Origin: Phoronis australis | Taxonomy: Eukaryota > Animalia > Phoronida | NCBI GenBank assembly: GCA_002633005.1 | Contig: NMRA01000678.1 | Location: 3,613-67,612, forward strand | Direction of reading: 5' to 3' | DNA length: 64,000 nt | Shown: positions 13,745 to 25,388 of the stretch, one piece after another | How the letters are laid out: each line of letters starts with the position of its first letter | Numbering within the stretch: position 1 is the first letter of the stretch | The notes under the pieces: generated by a model | What the model was told of the DNA's origin: nothing | Seen by the model: the letters and a program-made list of their open reading frames with translations, nothing else | Databases searched by the model: none | Position numbers and translations under genes: made by a program

Positions 13745-14300
13745 AAAGTCACACGATATGTCGAAACATACCTGTTTCATTCTCAAGTGAAGATAAAATG
13801 ACGCAGTAATGCCACCGCAGAGTATAAGCTGACGAAACACACAGTGAGACACGGCGGGTGTGAAATACTGCAAAGAATGACTAATGAATTGGGGTAACAG
13901 GAAAGTCACGCAAACAAGTGTAACGTGCGGCGCGACCCTGTTTGCTGCTCATTCAAAACAGGCTTCTCAAAAGCAATTAAAAGGGACTCTAATACTTTCA
14001 AACGCAGCACATCTTGCTCCACGTAGCGAATTGACGTGTTTTCCACAATTTCTTGACGGGTGGTTTTACGTGTGTGGTATTGCAGAACATGATCTTGAAT
14101 GGCGCCATTTTGAAGATGCATGGATAACCGACGGGGAAGACTGCAAAATGTTTGACCAATGTAACATTGTTTGACGTTTGAACGAAGACATTCGTTCATA
14201 GGGCATACAAATTCATAAACAACACTACCCTGTGCAACGGGGCGGACTTTCGCTTTAGAAATGTTATTTTTCATGACCAAGCTGGAGGACTTCCTCTACT
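13745..14300 (-). mobile_element. Penelope-like element 3' remnant (GIY-YIG endonuclease plus pLTR)
   Basis: ORF 13906-14280: VVYEFVCP..C..YIGQT..L.RRL.MH...LKVLESLLI..KP.LN is a C-terminal GIY-YIG. A hammerhead-like motif lies downstream at 13749-13790. Confidence 0.85.
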
Positions 14301-15211
14301 TTTAAAGAATTCCTTTTCATATTGGTAAACGGGTTGCTGTCAGTAACTTCCCAAAACAATTCCAGTAATGCGAACGCGCAGAGTCCATTATTGTCACGCC
14401 GTGACAATAATCTTTCTAGTTTGTTTTTGTAATTGTTTGTAAATGATAATAACTACATAGAAAAAGAATCGAAAGAAATCAGCCGTTAGAAAAGCCACCT
14501 GTTGCTAAAAGTAATAAATACGTGAAGTAAATCTTGTCCAGGATAATTAACGCCGAACGAGGAGTCTACAAGCTGTCAAATTGTCTAACTGGAAAACTTA
14601 CGAGTTAATGTACTGTTGCAAGCTGAGGCAGGGCCAACAGGAAGCTGGAGAGAAAGAAAAACAGCGCTACCATAGGACTAGTAAGGAACTATCTAGGAGT
14701 TGCATATGAAGGATGAAGGGCTGTAGGATGTTATTTGGCCAAATAATAGGATTTATGTCAGAGTGCCACTAATCTCATTATTTCGAAAAGATTTGAGTTC
14801 GTGTTCAAAGAGCATGTTCGCTATCAAGTTCCATTTACAAAGTTTTTGACTGAAGAGCAGCGGAAAGAACATTCCAAGGTGGCCAGCGTGCAGACGGTTG
14901 CATCATCTGTACAAATACACGCACACGTGCACTATATACGTTACCTTGTGAAAAAGGTACTAGATAAGGAGTAGCCTTGTTTGCTTGTAATTCGAAGCAT
15001 GAAAGTCGCATCTTTATCATACTTTTGAAACACTAAAGAAGAAGCAGCGCCGAAGCCAAGGATCGACCTGCGTTCCGACCAAGAAGCGAAGTTTTGATTT
15101 AGACCACTATGCACCGCACACTTGGTTCGAGGCTGCTTGTTGAGAAACGACTACTGGAATTGCAAAGAACTGAGAGTTCACGATTCGTTGAGACCATGCT
15201 CTGCTCATTAA

Positions 15212-15722
15212 AGAGGCATTGAAGTGAAAGCCCGTCAAAATATCTTTTACTCAATTCTTGACGAAAGTTCTATCTTGCAACGTGTAGTACAGAACTTTTC
15301 CCTGTGAGAAAAATTCCAGAAAAAAATAACAAAATTCACGATTTTTGAAATACGTGCGAAGGAAAAAATGTGGTTACTACAGAGTTTCTAATCTCTCTCC
15401 CACTTATGATAAATGCACGCTCACAATCAGTTTCTTGAAGTCGCTTGAGGCCAAAAGTCACATTTCCATATCAGGGAAATGTGCTACGGCTATGTCTTAA
15501 CACACCAAATAAGGAGACGCGCTTTACCTCGTGGGAGAAAAATCGACGACGTGGCGAGCAGTTGAAAGTTAGTTTTTTAAATTTGAAACTAAATGAAACT
15601 GCTTTCAGAAATTCAAAATCTTGAAGAACAAAGTTAACCCTAAAAACCTGGTGGTGAGCAAGTTGAATTCTAATTCAGTGACAGAAAACCTCATTAGTCT
15701 GCTCATTGCGTTTCAGGCCTCT
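15212..15722 (+). mobile_element. Kolobok-type MITE, family C copy 1 (copy 2 at 44349-44877)
   Basis: TTAA|AGAGGCATTGAA ... TTTCAGGCCTCT|TTAA; internal sequence is shared with 44349-44877. Confidence 0.75.
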
Positions 15723-16377
15723 TTAAGTATCAGCCACAACAAGCCAACTTGAAGAACTTGGTCTCCATCATTATATCTGGAACAGGACTGTTAATTATAT
15801 GACAGTTCTGTCTCAGTTTTCATTTGCTAAATATTTTATCGTCTGCAACTCAGGCGCCGATTCCTCGGTAACTAAAATATCAAATATTGTTGTTATTTAA
15901 CTATTTTCAGGAGATATTATAAGTTCGATGAAAAGTTACCCTTGTTTTCATCTTTGTTATCTCTTTTCAAGTAATATAACGTCACATTTAAAACTGTTTC
16001 TTTTACCAGAGAAACCTTGCAGCCTTACGCGCAAGTACATACATAGAGGTCGTGATCCACCACGTGAACAGTCTGAGTGAAGTACTGTATAAATCTGCTG
16101 AAAAAATGAAAGAAACTTGGGAACTCGAAGCGTATGGGATAAATACAAAACGTACCTCCATTGGCGTACATGAAGTAATATCCCACGAGACATTATTCCA
16201 CGTATCGACCGAGACCGAACACCGAACAGCCTGCTGAACTGTTGAAATTGTATTTTAATTGAGTAGACAAGCTTTCGTATTATATAAGTTGATTTGTTGT
16301 GTTGCGTATTGTTTAGTCCAAAGTACATGTTGAGTTTGGTGGTAAGTGTTAGCAAGATTGGTGTAAGATGGATTTGG

Positions 16378-17215
16378 AGGAGAATGCATCAATTTAGATC
16401 GAATAGTTCCTGTCGATAACAGCAAGTACAGCTCTTTTACCTGACACCTGACGGCAGACGGAGGTGTTGAAATTAACAAATGACGTCAGAGGTTCGAATG
16501 CGGTTTATTCAGCATTTCACAACACGGTTACTAGAGGTGTCAGCTTATCGCCCGAATTCATCGTTCTACAGCAATAAATTATCAAAATTCGATTTAAAAC
16601 CCTAACAAATACAACGAGTTATTGAACAAACGTGTTATTTTATTTCGCTGTTATGGATTTTTAGGTGTTTGAACGTACCGTAGCCTACAAAGTTCAGTTG
16701 GTCAATTTACCAAGGTGGGTTGCGGGAGTTTGGGCACTGTTCGGTGATGAATTCAAATAATTCGTTCGTGAAATACAGAGAGGAGTCCATCACTGTGTGT
16801 TGTAATTTTAGACTTGCTTTTTTCAGTTCTAAAGAAACAAAACGCTTGCTATCCCGATCAGGCCCATCGATCGCGGCCGGACTGAAGACATCACAATCAT
16901 AAACCAGCCAAAGCAGGAAACTAAACGTCCAGTCACGAAAAGACTATACACAGTGAATTAGCCACGAAACTGCAAATCTACTCATACTATCTCGTCGGGG
17001 CTCGCCGAAATCCTAGGTTACCCTTCCACAGAACCGTCAATGCAAGAGTTGTACAGTGGCAATGCTATATGAATATCTAAAAAAAGATTCCCCTCAACAT
17101 GTGACCATAGGATATAAAATCGAGTTATTGTTTCAAAACAGCTTTCTGTCAGCAAACCCTGATAGAATTAGAATACGCTCACACGGCCTCGGTGCCCGGT
17201 CAATTAGTTTTTTGT
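16378..17215 (-). mobile_element. Partial Kolobok family B copy (right end, reverse orientation)
   Basis: Begins AGGAGAATGC (family B terminal repeat) and matches the reverse complement of about 61560-62490 and 32040-32640; truncated next to family A copy 2. Confidence 0.7.
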
Positions 17216-18056
17216 ATCTTAAAGACATGGTCGCACGCGTTGTTAACCCTTATTACATGGTTAGAGGATGTTATAAGGATCCAAGAAGTACCTACCCCAT
17301 AACTAATACACGATCCACACTCGAAAAAAGTTTAAGTGAACGCGCCACTCACGATTCGCACCCGAAGAACAACCGCCATTTTGAACTTGCCGCGAACCCG
17401 GAAGTACAATTCATTCAGGAACCCAGGCTAAGAAAACGCCGTCAGTGCGACTGGAGCAGTGCCTGTACTGTTACCAGCCAGCAAACGGGGATAAAAAAAT
17501 CGACAGCGCGCCTTAATTTTGATAAAATCAAACTACGGACAATTTTATGGAATTTGCTGAAGAAATGTGGCGAATAAATTTTGACAGAAATTATTTTGCC
17601 GGACTCGGGACCGCAGCCTATCGGACCCGGTGCGGATCGAGACAAGACACTGGCGAACGGTAAATGCATGCGGTTGCAAGCTGTTTTGTCGAAGTAAAAT
17701 GTTCAAATCATAAATGCCGTATATATATTCAAAGGTAGTTTTAGACGCTTGCATAAAATTACGGGCTGGTTAATCCTACCGTCAGGGGTGTCACACTGCC
17801 GCGGCAGCCCTTAGCTAGCCTCAGTGCCAGCTACCAGTATGGCGACTACCGTCGAAATACTGCTAGCTTGTTAGTAGGCCATACAGCTTTGGGTCAAGGT
17901 TACCCTTAGGCCTACCTGGTCGCTGGCCACAGCGCTCGCTCGAACGAGGTTTATTTAGAACAGGGCTACTTCTGGTGAACTGTGCAAAGTTGTTGGCTTT
18001 CAACAGAGATTTTCCCAGACTTTGCATTAGCGCACCAAGCTTAAAAATGGGGGCTG

Positions 18057-18207
18057 CAGGGGTGGATCCAGGATTTTGAGTTAGGGAGGGGGGGCAGGAC
18101 AGAGTATTAGCGAGGATTTTCTCGTCAGACATTCGCACCCCCGAACTGCCAAATGTAATCTGGGAGAATTTTAGGGGGGCCATGGTCCCCCTCTAAATCC
18201 GCCACTG
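18057..18207. mobile_element. hAT-like MITE with 5-bp TSD (GGCTG)
   Basis: CAGGGGTGGATCC ... AAATCCGCCACTG flanked by GGCTG on both sides; same family as 55497-55650 in opposite orientation. Confidence 0.75.
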
Positions 18208-19904
18208 GGCTGGAATTTTTGGGAATGTCTATCTTTTACTATAAGATTCACTGTGCACTTCATGTCTTCTAGTGGAGTATCGTCTCGTTTTCAACTTTTT
18301 TCGGAGTTCGTTCTTCTCTGATTGAGGCAGACCTTTTCCATTTCTCCAAATAGGGGGCTCGTTCGAGCACATAAGTATGACAAGTCCAATACAAAATGTT
18401 ATCATTTTTTATTCATTAAGCCAAAATGATTCAACCTTTTTAAAAACATAATAAGTAACTTAAAATGCACAATACTTTACAACATTTAGCACTACAAACA
18501 CTATTCAACAGCAAAAGTTTCCATGATATGAAAATGGACATATATGTAACTCTTACCATGGTGACCGAATAGTGTTTCCTTACACCAGAATTTGACAAGC
18601 ATGATTAAAAGATAATGAAGTTGCAAGGAACAAGAATTGGAGGCTTGAAGCTTCACAATCCAACATAGCTTATTTCTCAAATTAAGATTATTCATATTGT
18701 TGACTTGATAACCTGAATTAAGAAGCAATAAATTACAAAACATGACTTGAAAGCAATTGAGACTTAAAATTTAGAAAAATATGAAACATTTTGTGACACC
18801 GAATCAATCCTTGAACAGCAGTTGACAGTCAAACAAAAAAACGTTTCAAAATTATTTCAACTATTTCTTAGCTTAGAGTAAGATCACCTGAATGGGAAAT
18901 TCACAGTAAAATAATTCGAGTTATCTTATATTTTTGCACAAAAAACATGAAAATTGAAGAAAGTTCCTTTTTGTAGCAAAGTTTGTCAAAATGTATCAAC
19001 GTTCAATCTTCACAAACTACAAAGTAACAGGTTGAACATGCCTTCCAGTTCAGCAAAAGTCGTCATGTTGTCGGTTCCGCCAGAAATGAGACGGGAATTG
19101 TGAGCACATTTATCACTTAATGAGTAACAACTGCGAGGCTGAAACTTGGTGAACATTGTTGAATCGTGCAGAATAGTAAGTAAAGATATGTCTCACTAAA
19201 TTTCACCGTAAATTGTTAACGAAAACAATTTACACAAAGTTTTAAACTCGTAACTTATCCCGCTGTCCTCCAATAGGGCCAACGCGATCCAAACAAAGTG
19301 ACCCAAATTTCGCCACAAAAATTGCAATAACTTTACACTGCTTGCCCCGCCTTTGATACTTTTTCGATTTTTTCTGAGTAGAATACACTAACTTTCCAAT
19401 GATAGCAAAGTACTTTTTCAAAACGAGAAAAAAAATTAAAACGAAAAAAAATTGGTTCGTCCCATATTGGTTCCTAGGTTCGACCGGTCTACGTAAGGAA
19501 CTTAACACCAATGCTATTTTAACATAATAAGTATGCGTAACATTCCAAAAAATTCAACGACCACTAACTGCAAACTATAAATACACTACATATGCAAACG
19601 AATCACGAGATATTACTACTAAAACAAAATAATGAAGACTTTTCGAGCAAGCGATAGCACATTCACTTAAAACGAAAAAATGGCGGCGTTCAGGACAAGT
19701 TCCTGAACTGATGAGCCGGAAATGTGGGTACGGAAATAACCGATGATAGCCGGTAATTATATGCTCACAGAGAAGGGATAAATACTGTTAAAAATCGCTT
19801 TTGGCAAGACAGGCGAAAAGAATATAAAGAAAGGGTGTCGAAAATAAGATTTTATGTAGTAAGTATTTTCGGATACTGGAACCACATGGGCAGTTTGAGA
19901 GCAG

Positions 19905-20305
19905 GGCCCGGTCTCCAATCTTTTTACTCGAAATGGAACTCGAAATTAGGTTTGGCATTTTCTACTCTACTTTTGGGCGAACTCAAGATAAGTTTCTATT
20001 ATTCTATGCTCGAGTACACAATAACTTACGTAGATAATTTATTGCCCTTAGTTCACAGTTTGTAAACCCAATATTAAAGCAATAAGTTTGAGTTTGAACT
20101 CGAAATTTCGAGTTTTTTCTCGAGTTTGTAGCACGAATATAAGGGTCTTCAAGGGCAAACTTGAACTAGAAACTCCTATGCATAAACTATAATGTATTCG
20201 AGCACAGTCTGATAACCAATTATCTTAAGTTCGCACAAAAGAAGCAGAGAAATTGCCAAAAATAGTTTTGAGTTCGTTTCGAGTACAAAGATTAGAGACC
20301 GGGCC
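19905..20305. mobile_element. PIF/Harbinger-type MITE
   Basis: CAG|GGCCCGGTCTC ... GAGACCGGGCC|CAG: inverted termini, 3-bp CAG duplication, long imperfect internal palindrome. Confidence 0.75.
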
Positions 20306-20365
20306 CAGGTCTTTAACATTGCATTTGATGCTATTGGTGATTCGCAATCCACTCTCATTCCACAG

Positions 20366-20583
20366 GTGGATGCGAGGCATGCACCCTGGTGGTGACACCG
20401 GCGGTGGCCTAACGGACTTCGTGGAGGGTCTCGGTCCATCACAGTTGGTGGGCCGTCAGGTGCTGGGCTCTCCGTGTATGGGTGAAATCCAGCTGGGTCT
20501 GTGCGATCGTAAGGGACGTCTTGAGGTGGAGGTGATACGGGCACGCGGGCTGATCTCCAAGCCCGCCTCCAAGGTGCTACCAG
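20366..20583 (+). CDS. RIMS: RIMS/UNC-10 exon (start of C2B domain)
   Basis: cacag| acceptor, |gtgaga donor; DFVEGLGPSQLVGRQVLGSPCMGEIQLGLCDRKGRLEVEVIRARGLISKPASKVLP is the RIM C2B N-terminal signature. Confidence 0.93.
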
Positions 20584-21170
20584 GTGAGAGATTGATCATG
20601 CAACTTCAGGCCTGTGCAAAGGCTGCTCGTGTTGAAAAACTATAAGTCAGAGTTGAAATCATTATGGTTCGTGTATACAGGACCAACAAGTGTCACAGAT
20701 AGATATTAATACTGTGTACTCTAAAAATCCCGGATTGGGCTTTCAATTAAACACGGGGCAAAACGTGGTCCCTTAAAAGTAAAATTGATTTTCCATTATT
20801 TGCAGTAATCAGCCTTTGAAAAATGGAAAATGACGATTTTGGAAATTATTTTTTGCACAATAAGTGGAGAGTTACCGTATGCCTAGCAACAATGTTCCAC
20901 CAGTTCTTCCCTGAGCTCACAAATCACTTCTGGTCTGAGTGGGTTCCAAGTTTCTGAAACATGCGCGTGGCACAGGTGTATTCTACCTCGGCCTCCCAGT
21001 TTCCATCACTTCCACCACCCTCGGTTATCAGAATTTTCCCCTTGGGCTACAAATAGCCAAGGAGGACCTGCAGAGGAATTTGGTTGTCAAATTTTAGGAA
21101 TATGTTAAAATTGTCACACTTTGAGAAGGAAGATGTCTTGCCATAGGGGTCATTTGGTTTGATTTTTTAG

Positions 21171-21313
21171 CTCCCTACGTCAAGGTTTATCTAATGGACG
21201 GTAAGACATGCGTAGAAAAGCAGAAAACATCAACGGCACGGAGAACTCTGGATCCATTATATCAACAGCAGATTATCTTCATGGAACGTTATCCACCAAA
21301 CAACGTGTTACAG
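21171..21313 (+). CDS. RIMS: RIMS/UNC-10 exon (C2B middle)
   Basis: ttttag| and |gtatgt; (A)PYVKVYLMDGKTCVEKQKTSTARRTLDPLYQQQIIF...VLQ; phases 1-0 fit both neighbours. Confidence 0.93.
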
Positions 21314-21600
21314 GTATGTTTGCTAAGTAACCCACACGTTTTGTTCTGTGCTCATCGTAACGTAAAATTTAAAGATCTGTTAAGGGTATGTTGAAGTTAG
21401 TGACTCCTATGGCCTGTTTCTAGAAAAGTCTGTTGCTAAAAGTTTTTTTTTGTCTTATGGGATTTGGTCTGCTCCCGAGCAAGCTACAGATTTCTGCTTT
21501 TGGCTTCGAATTGTAGACAGATGTTGTGACTTTTAGCCTTAATTTGATTTTTTGAAGCAGACTAAGCTACCCGCTGTTTGATTTTTAGTCAAAAGACAAT

Positions 21601-21692
21601 AGACTCTTTGAGAAACGACCATTAGACTCTTCGAGAAACGACCATTAGACTCTTCGAGAAACGACCATTAGACTTTTCAAGAAACAACCATC
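21601..21692 (+). repeat. Intronic minisatellite, 4 x 23 bp
   Basis: agactctt(t/c)gagaaacgaccatt repeated head to tail with no spacers. Confidence 0.9.
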
Positions 21693-21806
21693 TGTTCTCA
21701 TCTAGGCTTGATGTTGGTAGGGTTTGAAGTATTTTTGTGAAACAAATTTGTCTGCGTGGTTTCAATAGATATTTAAATCATTAAATCTTTGGTTCTGAAC
21801 TTTCAG

Positions 21807-22024
21807 GTGACTGTATGGGGTGATTATGGTAGAATGGACAGGAAAACGTTTATGGGTGTGGCCCAGATCAACCTGGATGGACTTGACCTTTCCAACATTG
21901 TGATTGGCTAGTACAAATTGTACTCTACGTCGTCATTGGTCGGAGGTCATGATCGCCATGGATCCCTGGCTGGCTCTTTAACATCACTGGACAGTTCGTT
22001 GGGAAGTGGGGTGACCTTTTCGTA
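21807..22024 (+). CDS. RIMS: RIMS/UNC-10 last coding exon, with in-frame TAG at 21909-21911
   Basis: tttcag|VTVWGDYGRMDRKTFMGVAQINLDGLDLSNIVIG*YKLYSTSSLVGG...GVTFS*. The first stop replaces the conserved W of IGWYKL; the frame stays open to TAA at about 22022-22024. Confidence 0.88.
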
Positions 22025-24635
22025 ACCCCAAGAACGATCTAGAAAGGTTTTCATATTTGTGCCAATTGGATCATGAAACTGGAAATCGGTATTACTCGCA
22101 ACTCACTATTCACAAAATCTACTTTTTGCCATCTAGTCTGATTGATGTTAATTAATTACACAGATAAGCCAAGGCGTTTCCAACCGACTTTTACGTACAT
22201 CGCGTCATCATCATATAGTTGTGTTCGAGTCTGCCAATGTGATTATTAAAGAGCTGGAAGCCAGTTGACGTGTATTTTATACTGCTGCCTACAGAGTTCT
22301 TGTAGATTTTTTTCACAATTCGTAACTTATGCTCAGCAACAAACCACTGTAAGTTGTTGATATTGTACTGTATGTTATTTTTGACTGTTTCTGATTAATT
22401 GACCTTTAACCCTGTGTGTTTTTGAAACTCGATCTTGCCACCTGTTAAGCAAGGATTGCTTGGGTTGTTCGATGAACCTAACGTTTGTGACAACTTTGGT
22501 CTCGGCAATGATAATCCTGGTGTGACCATGCTAGGCGTGGTGTTTACACCGTTGCTCATAACAAATTATTGTGCAGAGCCTAAACGTACACCAGGAGGCG
22601 GAACTATAGATAAGTAATTCCTCAGCTCCTCTGTCTTTGCGTAGAGCCACGTCTTGAACATTTGACATCATGGTTCTCATTTGTCATAGAAAAATGGAAA
22701 CCTAGAAAATAAAATTATTCCTATGCATGAAAAAGTCATAGAAATAGAAAGGGAAAAAACTCGTAGAAGTTCTCACAAAATAATTGAAAACTCATATTCT
22801 ATGATAGATTTTGTGAGGCTATGCATCCAATTAACCGAAATCATAATTATGTCCAATTTTTTGTGATGAAAATAGTTAATGCTTGTGTAGTCATAACATA
22901 TGTAATTATGTGCGCTGAGGCCCTCTGTTGGCTTTAATAGAATTGAACTTTCTTTGAACATGCCTTTTCTGCTGATCAAAGAACATTGTAGGCAAACCAG
23001 TCCTCTAAATTTCATTAAACCGTTTTGTTTTAGTCTTTTGTGACACGCGAACGCAATCTAGTCTAAAGATGGCTCCTGCACGCACTGAGATGGATTTGAT
23101 TAATGATGTTCCTCAAATTTGATTTTTGCTTATAGTTTTTGTGTTTGAAATATATCATGAAAAATGGCTATGTATTTGTTGTCTTTTGACCTTTTGACCT
23201 TAACCATGAGACCACCATGTTTGAACCTTCTGTGTTACAGTCATTTTGAATATATTATGCATGATAAAGGAAAAACCGGTGGAAAATTTTGGATAGTCCA
23301 GTGGTGTCGCATGCTCATAAGTTCAGTTTTTCTTGAAAATAATTTTTAAAAAATTTTGAAAGTCTACCTTTTATTTGAAAAATAGCTTCTGGAAACTGGT
23401 GAAAAGTGAAAACGATGCAACTGAAAGGCATGTGAAGGATATTCAAAAGCGCCACCTGGGGAATGTATGGCTAATAACTGTTGTGTGATGGGGGTTCTCT
23501 CATGCAGATCACAAAGTGTTTTCCTTTTCATGGTTGGTTAGTTGAAGTTAGTTTGTGAATGATTGACCAATGAGAATTGCGCTATCTTGGTGGTATGTAA
23601 TCTGCTTTGGAAAGGGTGGATGACCAGGATTTCATTGCTGTGACCAAACTCTAGTAGTTGTAGTTGTAATTACTGAAGATTGTTAAATTTTTTATATGGG
23701 TGCTGGGTACGTAAATTTGTTTATTAATTTATTTAGTCGTCATGCATGTTTTAAAAATAATATGAAAAGTTGCAAATATATGCGTAGGGGTGCCTGTTCT
23801 CAGTGTGAAAGAAATTAAGAGAATGGCTTAAAACCCATTGTATTACCCACAATGCACATTGGTCAGTTGCTTGTCTTAAGTTGTGTTTGCGGTATGGGTG
23901 ATCAGTTGTGCAATCTCAGAAATAATGGCAGGGCACACTTAACATAGAGAAGAACGGAAGACATATAAATGTAGTTACTTACTAGGCTGTAAAAATTTGT
24001 TATGGTATTTTCGTAAAAGTGAAACATAACATGAAAGTTGCTTCAAGTTAGGTCACATTATGTCAGAAAATGGAATTTTATTGAATGGAACAGACCTTGG
24101 CTGTAACAAAAAGTGAGGAGATGATGCCCCCCCCCTCTACTACATCCCTGCTTGTGATCTTGATTATTTAATGCTTATTATTTCTACAATGGTGTTCCAA
24201 TGTACATGTACAAATTCTCTGTTTGATTTGCAATGCTGTCACCAGGAAATTCAGGAAGCTTGATAAATATCCATGGAGACAAAATATATGGTTCATTGCT
24301 CGTCCCACTAATCTCTCTCTGACAGTTCGGAATCAAGGTACATGCAGTGTTTTTCTACTGTGACGATTATCTGCCGACCATATCTCAGTAAGATTTTACA
24401 CGATAGTGTTAGCTTGTGAAGTCAATGGGAAAAACTGAATAAGTGAACGGGGGCAAAGATAATAGGGAAACATTTTGTGAAAATGATGTTACAAAAAAGT
24501 AATTTCTGGTTCAGACGATTAACTATTACGAAAGTGATCTCCAATTGTTCCCGTGGTCAATCTAGGTATGTTATCTGGACTAGGAAGGAACTAGCAGCTT
24601 GTTAATTCTTGGGATTAGGCTCTACAAGATAACTT

Positions 24636-25330
24636 GTCACGGCGAGTAATTTTAACTTAGCGCCGAGCATCATATCAAATCGTGGCGAACTTGCCGTTCT
24701 TCCTAAACACAGAAATCTCTTCTCATCTCAGTTGTAATTTCTAGGTCACGTGATGTAAACCCATGACTAGCTCGGTCACGATCACTGACGAACCGCCAGT
24801 TGTTTGCAAGACCAAAATTCATTTCTCTTCCGAGTAAGGAACAATATGATAAGAAATATTATTACTGCAACGGTGCTACTGGCCTAAATTCAAAGAACGT
24901 AGGTAAAACCAAATACCTATATCTTTTAAAAGGTGATGATTAACAAAGGTTGAGAAATTGTTACTCTATCACACAAGTGATGGCTCAAACTTTCTACACC
25001 AGGACAAAAATAGCTTCGATTGATGCAGCCAGATGTGGCCATGAGTCGGAAGAAAACCTTTTGTTGTTATCAATGTAGGAACTGTCTTTTGCTAAGTTTC
25101 ATAAGTGTGACAGGTTGCGTTCCGTCAAAGATTTTTTATTTGTACCACCTACAGGTATAAAACTGATGTTAACTGGTGCCTAGAGGAGGCAACCTACAGT
25201 CATGGGTTTACATCACGTGACCTAGAAATTACAACTGAGATGAGAAGAGATTTCTGTGTTTAGGAAGAACGGCAAGTTCAACACTATTTGAGATGATGCT
25301 CAGCGCTCAGTTAAAATGACCCGCCGTGAC
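24636..25330. repeat. Inverted repeat, about 130-bp arms (24636-24768 and 25198-25330)
   Basis: gaacttgccgttcttcctaaacacagaaatctcttctcatctcagttgtaatttctaggtcacgtgatgtaaacccatgact is the exact reverse complement of 25198-about 25280; the outer parts match imperfectly. Confidence 0.9.
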
Positions 25331-25388
25331 GTTAAATTAGCATTGTGTAGGATTGTCTTTTTATTGGGCGTGATTCTTTAATTTTTAG

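Larger units (their letters stand above)
17223..20312 (-). mobile_element. Kolobok family A copy 2 (reverse), with nested insertions
   Basis: Reverse complement of 6250-7901 at both ends, TTAA at 17219-17222 and 20313-20316. Carries about 1 kb of extra internal sequence, an hAT-like MITE, and a Harbinger-like MITE inside its terminal repeat. Confidence 0.8.

Noticed and set aside
21601-21692. 23-bp repeats as a possible CRISPR array
   Set aside because: Units are contiguous with no unique spacers, lie in a eukaryotic intron, and no cas genes are present.
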